Below, piece by piece: positions 9,334 to 17,729 of a stretch of DNA of 64,000 nt. Under the pieces are notes generated by a model, which searched no databases, was not told where the DNA came from, and saw only the letters and a list, made by a program, of their open reading frames with translations. A program made the translations under genes and the position numbers. The number at the start of each line of letters is the position of its first letter. Position 1 is the first letter of the stretch. The stretch covers positions 160,001 to 224,000 of the forward strand of contig JAVJQW010000067.1 in NCBI GenBank assembly GCA_040218735.1, read 5' to 3'. The stretch is from Deltaproteobacteria bacterium (GTDB lineage Bacteria; Myxococcota; Kuafuiibacteriia; Kuafuiibacteriales; Kuafuiibacteriaceae).

Positions 9334-10542
9334 ATGACCGCGAAGACCGTCGACGTCACCGTCGTTCCGGAGTCCATCGAAGTCGAAGTCGGATCGGCGC
9401 CCACCAAGGTCGCCTTCTCGGTCACCTACCAACACGACGAGCCGCTCGAGGCCCTCGTGAAGGTGCTCGGGAGTGACGGCTCGGTCGAATCGTGGGTCGA
9501 GCTCGAAGGCGCTCGCGAGCGCACGTTCACCAAGGACAGCACCACGCAAATCCTCGCGAACGTCTCCGTGCCGAGCAGCGCGAGCTCGGGTGAGTACAGC
9601 TTCAAGCTCGCGTTCGTCGGCGTGCGCAACCCAGACGAGGACTACACCGAGTCACCGTCGGTGCGCGTGAAAGCGCGGCAGCCCGCCGAGCGCCCGAGCA
9701 AACCGTTCCCGATCTGGATCCTCGCGCTCGTCGCGGTGCTCGTCATCGTGGTGGGTGTCGTCATCTTCTTCGTCGTGCGCGACACACGCGCCGGCATCCG
9801 CGAGTCCTGCGCCGACGGCGTGCAGTGCGCGGACGGCCTGACCTGCAACGACGAACAGATATGTCTGTTCGCCAACGGCGGGACCTGCGCCGACGGCAAC
9901 GACTGCCTCACCGGCTACTGCGGCGCCGAGGATCACGTCTGCGCCGACGAACCCGGACCGCCCGGCCTCGGCGAGGCGTGTGAATCGGAGTGCGCCGAGG
10001 GCCTCACGTGCGCGGACAAGAAGTGCCTCGGGACGCTCGGCTTCGCCTGCACGGCCAGCGAGGACTGCCACGAGATGGTTTGTGACAACAGCCAGTGCAG
10101 TCGCCTCGGGCAGAAGTGCACCAACGACGCGAGCTGCGGCGAGGCGCGCCTGATGTGCTCGTCACTCGGCACCGAGCGGCGCTGTCTCCTGAAGGAAGGC
10201 CAGCCCTGCCACGAGCTCGGCGCCGCCCTCTGCGACTCCCAACAGTGCAGCGGCGACAAGTGCGTCGCGCCGACGCGGTGCCGCAACAACACCCACTGCG
10301 AGAGCGACGAGAGCTGCGTCTCGGGCTTCTGTTACACGAAGCCGAACATGAGCTGCAGCGGCAACGACGTCTGCCTCCGCTTCATGTGCGTGGAAGGGAA
10401 GTGCCCGACCTATACGTGCACGACGGCCCGCAAGTGCCCGGCGACCTACGGCTGCTCCAACGGTCGCTGCGTCCGCCGCCGCGCGGTCAAGACGGACCTC
10501 CTCGAACGCCTGAAGCTGAAGAACTGGAAGGGCTCGCTCTGA
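9334..10542 (+). CDS. Bitopic membrane protein: N-terminal beta-sandwich-like domain, TM helix, C-terminal Cys-rich repeats
   Basis: No signal peptide. Beta-rich N-terminus, then KPFPIWILALVAVLVIVVGVVIFFVVR TM, then dozens of Cys in CxxxxxC repeats. Confidence 0.8.
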   Translation: MTAKTVDVTVVPESIEVEVGSAPTKVAFSVTYQHDEPLEALVKVLGSDGSVESWVELEGARERTFTKDSTTQILANVSVPSSASSGEYSFKLAFVGVRNPDEDYTESPSVRVKARQPAERPSKPFPIWILALVAVLVIVVGVVIFFVVRDTRAGIRESCADGVQCADGLTCNDEQICLFANGGTCADGNDCLTGYCGAEDHVCADEPGPPGLGEACESECAEGLTCADKKCLGTLGFACTASEDCHEMVCDNSQCSRLGQKCTNDASCGEARLMCSSLGTERRCLLKEGQPCHELGAALCDSQQCSGDKCVAPTRCRNNTHCESDESCVSGFCYTKPNMSCSGNDVCLRFMCVEGKCPTYTCTTARKCPATYGCSNGRCVRRRAVKTDLLERLKLKNWKGSL

Positions 10543-11342
10543 GCGGCGCGGCCGACCGGCTGCGTACGCCGTTCTACATCGCCGCGCTGGTGATCTTCGC
10601 CTTTGCGTGGCTCCTCGAGAGCGGCTCGGCCGCCGGCCTCTCTGCCTCCCCGCCCCAGGGCGGCGCGCTCTACACCTCACTGAAGGGGAGCGTGCAGAAG
10701 TACGCCGACGACCTCGACGAAGACGAGGTCGAGGAGGAGACGAAGAACGCCATCGCCACGCTCCGCGCCGCGGACCCGCCGCCGGGGTTGGCGATCAGCT
10801 ACCTCGGCGTGTTGGACCTGATGGTCCTCGCGACGATCTTCTTCATGGGCGCGGGGATGCTCTTCCGCTTCCGGTCGTGGGGCCGCGTGCAGGCGCTCGC
10901 GTCGCTGATCCTCGGCGTGTTGGTCCTGCTCGCGGGAATCGCCCTGCTCTTCAAGGCGATCGGGCTGCTATTCCTGATGGTCGGGCTGTTTCTCGCGACG
11001 CCCTTCGGGACCATCGCGTACATCGCGACCTACGGCTTCTTCCCCACCGGCACGGCCAAGGCGATCCTCGGCTCGGCGCTGTTCCTGAAGGTGATCGCGG
11101 GCGTCTGCCTCGTGCTCGCGCAGCAGCGGATGTTGAAGGCAAAGGCCCTCGTCGCGATCATCCTCTCGTCGCTGCTGGGTTCGGTCATCATCAGCTTCTT
11201 ACACGGCATCGTGCCGGGCTTCCTCGTGAGCATCACGGACGCGATCGCGGCGATCGTCGTCATCATCATCGCGCTGATCTGGGCGGTCCTCCTGATCGTC
11301 TTTGCGATCATCGGACTGGTGAAGGGCCTCTCTAGGGATTGA
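10539..11342 (+). CDS. Multi-pass membrane protein (about 6 TM); start codon uncertain, CTG proposed
   Basis: The protein-like part of ORF 10095..11342 begins at LSGAADRLRTPFYIAALVIF. Hydrophobic helices, PPGLAISYL and LFLATPFGTIAY motifs. Confidence 0.7.
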   Translation: MSGAADRLRTPFYIAALVIFAFAWLLESGSAAGLSASPPQGGALYTSLKGSVQKYADDLDEDEVEEETKNAIATLRAADPPPGLAISYLGVLDLMVLATIFFMGAGMLFRFRSWGRVQALASLILGVLVLLAGIALLFKAIGLLFLMVGLFLATPFGTIAYIATYGFFPTGTAKAILGSALFLKVIAGVCLVLAQQRMLKAKALVAIILSSLLGSVIISFLHGIVPGFLVSITDAIAAIVVIIIALIWAVLLIVFAIIGLVKGLSRD

Positions 11343-11724
11343 TGCGGATCTGGCAGGTGCCCGCCGGCGGCTTCAGCGTGAGCGTCGCCCCGGCCTCGGA
11401 CACGTAGACGTCCTTCGGTTTGGCGTCGAGCCGCACATCGTACGCGGTGCTCCCGTCGCTCGGTGCGAATCGGACGCGCTTCTTCTTGCAGGCCTTGTTG
11501 CCCACGAGCGTCGCGCGCGCGTAGCCGTCGCCCTTGGCGATGCGGCACACGGTCACCAGCGGATCACACCCGGAGCCGAGGCGACCTTCGTCGACGGGCG
11601 ACGACATCAGCGCCAGCAGGCGATCGCGCATCGCGGTCTCGTCGTCGTCGTCCGTGGGCCACGCCATGCCCACCACGAACAGCGCGACGAGCAGTACGAC
11701 CACCCCGAGCAGGACCCACTTCAC
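11332..11724 (-). CDS. Small protein with N-terminal TM/signal, last gene of the CIS operon
   Basis: MKWVLLGVVVLLVALFVVGMAW, then a four-Cys domain. GTGA overlap with the tail gene. Confidence 0.7.
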   Translation of the reverse strand: MKWVLLGVVVLLVALFVVGMAWPTDDDDETAMRDRLLALMSSPVDEGRLGSGCDPLVTVCRIAKGDGYARATLVGNKACKKKRVRFAPSDGSTAYDVRLDAKPKDVYVSEAGATLTLKPPAGTCQIRINP

Positions 11725-12203
11725 CGTTCGACCTCCACGACCTCGAACGTAGCGTACGCCGGCTTCTCGCGCGCGACGATGCGACGCACGCGCTCGACCT
11801 GTCCCGCCGCGGCGGTCGGCACCTCGACGACCAGGTGGAACGGCTGGTCCTCAGGCTCACGGACCACGAAGCCGCGGACGTCGGTCGCGACTTCGAGGTG
11901 CTGGACCAACGCCCACGCGGTGCCGCGGTAGCGCGACAACACCGCGGCGCGCGCGACGAGCGCACGGGTGGCCGCGGTGGACACACCGTCGTTCGGATCC
12001 ACGCCGACCCAGTACGCCAGCATGCGAACGAGGTCTTCGTCGGCGCGCTGCGGATCGAAGGCTTCGTCGAGGCGGTCGAGGGTCTCGACGGTCGGCGTGT
12101 GCATCGCGGACATCACGCCGACGAGGGTGTCGAGCGGGTCGTCACGCGAGGCTGCGCGACGAATGACGTCCGGCAGCAGCCGAAAGATCTCAGTCGGCGT
12201 CAT
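11721..12203 (-). CDS. CIS baseplate wedge protein, P2 gpI-like tail protein (Cis12-like)
   Basis: FRLLPDVIR, FDPQRADEDLVRMLAYWVG, YRGTAWAL, REKPAYATFEV. Lies directly downstream of the baseplate J gene. Confidence 0.75.
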   Translation of the reverse strand: MTPTEIFRLLPDVIRRAASRDDPLDTLVGVMSAMHTPTVETLDRLDEAFDPQRADEDLVRMLAYWVGVDPNDGVSTAATRALVARAAVLSRYRGTAWALVQHLEVATDVRGFVVREPEDQPFHLVVEVPTAAAGQVERVRRIVAREKPAYATFEVVEVER

Positions 12204-14775
12204 CGCGGCTCACCACGTCGATCTGATGTTCACCCGAGCAGAACAGCCACGTCGGCGGGAGGTGCACGATGTCAGCGTCCTCCAGGCTCGACGTCCACAC
12301 GAACGAGGTCCCCTCGTCGCGGCTTCGGTACACCCCGCGCTGCGCGCCCGCGAGGATCGTGCGACCACCCGCGGCCACCGCGTAGATCGGCTCGAAGAGG
12401 CGGTCCGCCGTCTCGAGCGCCAGCCCCGACTCCAGGCTCGGCGACTGCCACGCGACGTCGCGCCGACGTGCGTTCAGGCGGAGCACGCCGCCGCGGTACG
12501 TCCCGGCGACGACGGTCGCGGTCTCGGCGTCCTCACCGAGGAACGCGAGGGAGAGGCAGCTCCCGCCCGTCCACCCCGCGCCGAAGTGCACCCACCCCTC
12601 GGGGGCCATGCCTTCGCCGGTGAGCTCCCAGGCGTAGCAGCCCTCGCCGTCGTCGCGGCGACCGTGCGCGGCGAGGCCCGCCCACAGGAACGAGCGAGGA
12701 CCGTCGCGCTGGACGGCGAGCACCCGCACGTCCTTGTTCGCGAGGCCGATGTTGGTGAACGTCCCGGGGCGACCGGCGCGCACCGAGAGCAGCACGCCGC
12801 CAAGCTCGGTGCTCGCGACCGCGACCTTCACGTCCCCGCGGGTGTCCGTCACGCTCGAGACGGCCCAGAAGCCGGCGTCCGGTTGGCCCTCGACGACGAG
12901 CACCTGCAGCGGGACGGCGTCGCGCTCGGTGGTCACCTCGTACAGGCCCTCGTCGGTCGCGATGAGGAGCACCGGATCCCCGCCGCGCAGCGTCCACGCG
13001 AGATCGTTGGCGCGCGGCATCACCTGTCGTGATTCGCTGAACGTCTCACCCGCGTCGTGCGAGAAGCGAATCGTCGTCTGCTCGCCCTCGCGTACGCCGA
13101 CCGCGAGGAGGCCCGGCACCGTCTCGTGCCGAACGACGTGTTCGATCTTGGCGCCCTCGACGCGCTGGACGACCTCCCAGCTCGACGCGTCGTTCATCGT
13201 CCGGAACAGCGACACCCCGTCCGCCGCGAACCAAGTCCGCGGTTGCGCGGGATCACGCTCCACGACCTCCGTGTGCACCGGCGCCTCGTCGATCGCGAAC
13301 CGCACGTTGTCGACGTAGCTGACGCCCGGCTCCGCCAACACGATGCGCCACACGTGCGCGAGTCGGAGCGGCTCTCCGAACGCCCAGCCCGAGCCCTCAC
13401 CGTACGGGAGCGGGTTGATCGTCTCGTGCAGGCGCTGCGTCACACGGCGCTGCAGCGCGACGAGATCTTCGCCCGGGTGCGCGACCACGCGGGCCTGCAC
13501 CGCGACGCGTTTGTGCGGGGCCCACTTCACGTCGACGTGCGTCGCGAGCGGGCGGCGTGCGTCGAGCGCTTGTTTCACACGCACCCGGAGCTCTTCGCTC
13601 TGCTCCGCGAGCAGCGCGTCGTGGGTGACGGCCGACGGCGGCTGCGGCGGATCGCGTTCCTCGAGGTCCGGGACGAGCAAGACCTCCACCGTCCCCGCGC
13701 GGGCGTGTCGCCAGACCTCCGCGGCGGTCATCGCCTTGGCCCGCCGGATGTCGCGTGAGGTGCGGCGGACGATCGTCTCGAAGTCACCCGCCGTCACGGC
13801 GCGGTCGAGCGACCGCAGCTCGAGGGGGCCTCGCAGCAACGCGTTCTCGACGGGCTCACGCGTCCGTCCGCCGCGCGCGCGGGTTCGGTTGGTGACCTTC
13901 ACCGCAGCACCGCCGGGGAGCGGGTCCAGGAGGTCCGTCAGGACCCCCTCGGTCACGTTGCCGTCCGAGCCTCCGCCTCTCCAGTACCAGGCGCGTATCT
14001 CGCGCTCGAGCGGCGGGACGGCGGCGACGGGGTCTTCGCGGATCGCACCGTCCGCGGCGCGGCGCCCGACCGCCGGGGCGAACGTGACAAGGCCCGAGGC
14101 GCGGTCGAGGAGGAAGACGCGGTCCGTCGGTTCGACGTTCGCGAACGACCCCACCTCTCGGTAGAGCAGGAACGCCTTGTCGGAGAACTCACGCGCCGGG
14201 GCGCCGTCGAGGATCTCGGAGGGATCCGTCTCGACGCCGATGACGAACGGGAGCGCGTCGCTGCGTCCGACGATCGCGTCGTCGGCCACGCGCACCGCCT
14301 GGCCGGCTCGCCCCGTCCCCATCCCGACGAGGCGCCCGACCTCGTAGCTCGCGTGGTACGCGACGACATCGACGGCCAGCTCCCCCGCGGCGATGCGCGC
14401 GTCCTTCGCGACGGTGAAGATCAGCGGCTCTCCGCTCGATCCCCCCTCGGCCGTGATGCGTGTGCCGAGCGGAATGTCGACGGGGGTCTCCTGGGCGGCT
14501 TCGAGCGTGAAACGAACGAGCGTGTGCGCGGGCGTCGCGGCCCACCGCTGCACGCCGATGAGGTTGAGGAGCGCGACGTAGACCTTCTCGGGGATGCGGT
14601 TGAGTCGGTAGAGCGTCGTCTCCGTGAGGTGCGCGAACACCTCGACGAGGATCATCCCCGGGTCGTGCACCGAGAGGTCGGTCCACTCCGGGCAGCGCCG
14701 TTGAATCAGCGCGCGCGCCTCGCGGACGAGCTGCTCGAAGTCCCGGTCGTCGAGGTTGGGGGACGGGAGCGCCAT
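12190..14775 (-). CDS. CIS baseplate J-like protein (Afp11/Cis11) with an inserted BNR-type beta-propeller
   Basis: MALPSPNLDDRDFEQLV…CPEWTDLSVHDPGMILVE…YRLNRIP; GGGSDGNV; DRAVTAGDFE. C-terminal propeller repeats (FRTMNDASSWE, FSHDAGETF, YRSRDEGTSF). Confidence 0.9.
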   Translation of the reverse strand: MALPSPNLDDRDFEQLVREARALIQRRCPEWTDLSVHDPGMILVEVFAHLTETTLYRLNRIPEKVYVALLNLIGVQRWAATPAHTLVRFTLEAAQETPVDIPLGTRITAEGGSSGEPLIFTVAKDARIAAGELAVDVVAYHASYEVGRLVGMGTGRAGQAVRVADDAIVGRSDALPFVIGVETDPSEILDGAPAREFSDKAFLLYREVGSFANVEPTDRVFLLDRASGLVTFAPAVGRRAADGAIREDPVAAVPPLEREIRAWYWRGGGSDGNVTEGVLTDLLDPLPGGAAVKVTNRTRARGGRTREPVENALLRGPLELRSLDRAVTAGDFETIVRRTSRDIRRAKAMTAAEVWRHARAGTVEVLLVPDLEERDPPQPPSAVTHDALLAEQSEELRVRVKQALDARRPLATHVDVKWAPHKRVAVQARVVAHPGEDLVALQRRVTQRLHETINPLPYGEGSGWAFGEPLRLAHVWRIVLAEPGVSYVDNVRFAIDEAPVHTEVVERDPAQPRTWFAADGVSLFRTMNDASSWEVVQRVEGAKIEHVVRHETVPGLLAVGVREGEQTTIRFSHDAGETFSESRQVMPRANDLAWTLRGGDPVLLIATDEGLYEVTTERDAVPLQVLVVEGQPDAGFWAVSSVTDTRGDVKVAVASTELGGVLLSVRAGRPGTFTNIGLANKDVRVLAVQRDGPRSFLWAGLAAHGRRDDGEGCYAWELTGEGMAPEGWVHFGAGWTGGSCLSLAFLGEDAETATVVAGTYRGGVLRLNARRRDVAWQSPSLESGLALETADRLFEPIYAVAAGGRTILAGAQRGVYRSRDEGTSFVWTSSLEDADIVHLPPTWLFCSGEHQIDVVSRDDAD

Positions 14776-15233
14776 CAGCGTCGTTCTCCGAATAGAGCGA
14801 GCGTGTACATGAGCGTGTCGGTCTCCTGCGTGGGGCGGACGCGGTAGTCGAGGATGACGTGGAGCTCGCCGAGATCCTCCTGCGCGCCGCCGGCGTTCGT
14901 GGCGAGCGGGTCGGAGCGCGTCGCGTCGAGGCGGAGGATCTCCACCCGCGGCTCCCACCGCGTGATCGCCTCGCGCACGTAGTGCATCGCGAGCCCGGCG
15001 GTCGTGTCGTCGTTCGGCGCGTAGACGAGGCGCGACAAGTAGCAGCCGTAATGGGGTCGCATGACGCGCTCGCCGGGGAGCGTAGTGAGGAGGATCAGAA
15101 GGGCCTGGCGCACCGAGGCCTTGTCATCGACGAAGCGCAGCCGCCCGGTGCGATCCGCCGACAGCCCCATCTCCTGACGGCCCCGTGCGAAGTCGGGGTG
15201 CACGAGCTCGAGCGCGCGGAAGCGACGTTTCAT
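14775..15233 (-). CDS. CIS GPW/gp25-family baseplate protein (Afp9/Cis9)
   Basis: SVRQALLILLTTLPGERVMRPHYGC and AITRWEPRVEIL motifs. Confidence 0.9.
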   Translation of the reverse strand: MKRRFRALELVHPDFARGRQEMGLSADRTGRLRFVDDKASVRQALLILLTTLPGERVMRPHYGCYLSRLVYAPNDDTTAGLAMHYVREAITRWEPRVEILRLDATRSDPLATNAGGAQEDLGELHVILDYRVRPTQETDTLMYTLALFGERR

Positions 15234-15565
15234 GCGTCCGACCCCACGAAGTTCTGGCCGGGTGCCTCGACGAGGTACTCGGCCGGGAACAGGGTGCCGT
15301 CGGTGGAGCCGCGTAGGTTGTCGAGCACGATCGGCCGGCCGTCGATACGCACGAACGCGGAGTATCCGCGGCGCGCGACCAGGGTGAGCGTGCACGGTTT
15401 GTTCGGGGTCGCGACGGGGCAGCGCGAGATCGGGCGCTGCTCCGGGTCGGACCGTACGAGGACGCTGCGCCCCTCGATCGTCACCCAAGATTGGTGCGGA
15501 TCGATCCCCACCTCCCCGGTCGCGTGGGTGCAACGAATCGTGGCGTCTTCGGTGATGACCTTCAT
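15230..15565 (-). CDS. PAAR-like spike-tip protein (Cis10-like)
   Basis: 111 aa directly after the VgrG-like gene, with DATIRCTH, ISRCP, KPC and GQNFV. This Cys/His pattern resembles PAAR-like (DUF4280-type) proteins. Confidence 0.65.
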   Translation of the reverse strand: MKVITEDATIRCTHATGEVGIDPHQSWVTIEGRSVLVRSDPEQRPISRCPVATPNKPCTLTLVARRGYSAFVRIDGRPIVLDNLRGSTDGTLFPAEYLVEAPGQNFVGSDA

Positions 15566-15567
15566 GC

Positions 15568-17010
15568 TCAGCCTTGCTCGAAGTCGATCGCGTCCGCGAG
15601 CAGCACCATGCGGCGGCCCGGTGCGGCAATGCGGAGGTCGGTGGAGGAGTGGAGGAGCGTTTCGTCCTCGTTCATCTCGAGGTGCGTACCGCGACCGTCG
15701 TCCACGCGGACGACGCCGCGGTCTGCGTCGAGCTCGACGACCTGCCCCGCGTGCGTCGTCCACGCGTAGCGGTGGTTCTTGCCGCCGGAGGTCCCGGAGG
15801 ACGGCGCTTCGTTTCGACCGTAGAGGCCGCCGAGCACCACCGCGTTGGCGAGGTCACCGCGCGGCGCGAGGATGAGCACGACATCCTCCTCGTCGGGCAT
15901 CGTAACGAACCCCTTGCGCGCGCCGCCGCCCGGCAGACAAACCGGGAGCCACGGCGTCTGGACGTCGGCGGTCGCGGTGAGGCGCACGCGCACCCGGCGG
16001 CGCGCCTCGGGATCTTCGACGTCACAGACGACGCCGCTGGCGAGGGTCGTCGCGCGGTCGAGCTCGAAGGTCGGAGGCGGGCTCGAGTCGATCTCGGTGA
16101 CGAAGCCGAGGTGATGATCGACCCGGTGGACGACCGCGGTCATCACGAAGGTCTCGTCGTCCCCGACCCCTTCGACGTCGACGGCGTCGCCGGGTACGAG
16201 CTCTGGATCACCTTCGACCACGGCCTTCAACACCCGCGCGCCGAGACGCGAACGCGCTCGTGCCGCGACCGCCATCGCGCGGACCTCGCCCTCCGCGCGG
16301 GCGAGGCCGTCGACGTGGTGCTGTGTGCCCTCCGGGAGCGTGGTGTCCCGCGCCGAAGCGTGGTGCGCGGAGGCGTCGTCGAGCGACGCGCCCCAGGCGA
16401 CGTGCTCCCCGAAGACCTCGTGGACGTTCGTCTCGACCGACGCTTCCAGGAGGTTGTCACCCGCCCGCAAGGTGGCTTGCACGATGTGTTCGTCGAGGTC
16501 GATGAGCTCGACCTCCCGACCGTCGGCCCGCAGGTAACGGCCGACGCGCGCGGCCTCGTGTACGAGGAGGGTCAGATCGTCGACGTCGTGCTGGACGATC
16601 GACGCGCGCACCGGCGCGCGGCCCGAAGTCGCGAGGGTGCAGCCGGCGGCCGACAGGAGCCCCTCGGCGAGACGGAACAGATCCGTCTCGGTAAACAGGC
16701 GCACCGGGCGGTGACGGCGGAGGCGGTGCAGGCGGTCGTACGCGCGCACCACGAAGCGGCGTTGTCCACCGGGGCCGAGCTCGACGCGAGTCGCGGTGAC
16801 TTCGCCGACGAAGAGCGACGCCGCGTGCCCTTCGACGCGCACCTCGACGGGGCCGGCGGTCACCGAGGGGAGCGGTGCGTGCGGCGCGATCGCGTAGGTC
16901 AGCTCGAGCTGCGCCGGAACGGAGAGCGCGCGCCGCACGTAGACGTCGACCAGGGCGCCGTCGATGTCGAGGTCGACGGTGACCTTCGGAATCACGCGCG
17001 AGGTCGTCAC
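15568..17010 (-). CDS. CIS VgrG/gp27-gp5-like hub-spike protein (Afp8/Cis8)
   Basis: RAYDRLHRLRR, EGDPELVPG, VEDPEARRRVRV, GGGARKGFVTMPDEEDVVLI, VVLGGLY (OB fold). GTG at 17010 overlaps the upstream stop. Confidence 0.9.
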   Translation of the reverse strand: MTTSRVIPKVTVDLDIDGALVDVYVRRALSVPAQLELTYAIAPHAPLPSVTAGPVEVRVEGHAASLFVGEVTATRVELGPGGQRRFVVRAYDRLHRLRRHRPVRLFTETDLFRLAEGLLSAAGCTLATSGRAPVRASIVQHDVDDLTLLVHEAARVGRYLRADGREVELIDLDEHIVQATLRAGDNLLEASVETNVHEVFGEHVAWGASLDDASAHHASARDTTLPEGTQHHVDGLARAEGEVRAMAVAARARSRLGARVLKAVVEGDPELVPGDAVDVEGVGDDETFVMTAVVHRVDHHLGFVTEIDSSPPPTFELDRATTLASGVVCDVEDPEARRRVRVRLTATADVQTPWLPVCLPGGGARKGFVTMPDEEDVVLILAPRGDLANAVVLGGLYGRNEAPSSGTSGGKNHRYAWTTHAGQVVELDADRGVVRVDDGRGTHLEMNEDETLLHSSTDLRIAAPGRRMVLLADAIDFEQG

Positions 17011-17729
17011 GACTCGGACTCCCGAATCTCTTCGGCCGGCGGGACGACGATCTGGTAGCCCGCCTCCAGCGCGCCGGGATCGTCGAGGTCGTTGAGCGTC
17101 GCGAGGACGCGCCACCAGGACGGGTCACCGTAGTAGCGCGCGGCGATCTCGTCGAGGCGCTCGCCGGAGCCGTCGCCGGCGTCCTGGATCTCGTGGATGC
17201 GGACTTCACTCGAGGTGAGCGCCTCGGTGGAGGGGTTCGCTGGCGGTCGCGGCGTCGGTGCCTCGACGAGCTGCGGGACGTCGCGGACGAAGCGCATCGT
17301 CACCCACGACCGCGTCGGCACGCCCTCCGGGGTGAAGCGCTCCAGCCGCTCTGCGATCTCGACGATCACCCCCGGCACGTTCCACGCCTTGCCCCACACG
17401 AAGCGAACGAGCGGCGGTCGCCCGCGGCCCTGCTCGATGTCGATGTTCTCCGTGAGCGCCCACAGCGGCGCGGTGAGCGCGCGGACGTCCGGGCTGTCGA
17501 CGTTCGAACCTTCGATGCCGACGTCGAAGAGCAGCTCGAGGCGCAGCTCGGTGACGCCGCCGCCGGTGAAAAGGAGCGGGTCGTCGTTGCCGTCGGGGCG
17601 CGTGAGGTCGCCGCCGATCGAAGCGCGCTGCTTCACGCCCGCCCGGCGCCGGAACTCGACGGAGCTCGGGTTGAGGAGGCACGCGATGCGCCGATCGTTC
17701 TTGTCGATCAGGAAGCTCACCCGCTCCAT
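17007..17729 (-). CDS. CIS tube-initiator/LysM protein (Afp7/Cis7)
   Basis: LLNPSSV, LELLFD, PPLVRFVWG, ERFTPEGVP. C-terminal LysM-like GERLDEIAARYYGDPSWWRVLATLN. Confidence 0.9.
   Translation of the reverse strand: MERVSFLIDKNDRRIACLLNPSSVEFRRRAGVKQRASIGGDLTRPDGNDDPLLFTGGGVTELRLELLFDVGIEGSNVDSPDVRALTAPLWALTENIDIEQGRGRPPLVRFVWGKAWNVPGVIVEIAERLERFTPEGVPTRSWVTMRFVRDVPQLVEAPTPRPPANPSTEALTSSEVRIHEIQDAGDGSGERLDEIAARYYGDPSWWRVLATLNDLDDPGALEAGYQIVVPPAEEIRESES

Noticed and set aside
14776-14958. Long N-terminal extensions given by the ORF track for baseplate J (likewise VgrG, PAAR-like, gp25, Pvc16-like, PilW, PilX, bcp)
   Set aside because: The extensions overlap upstream genes and are junk-like. 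Internal starts with stop/start overlaps match the family N-termini.
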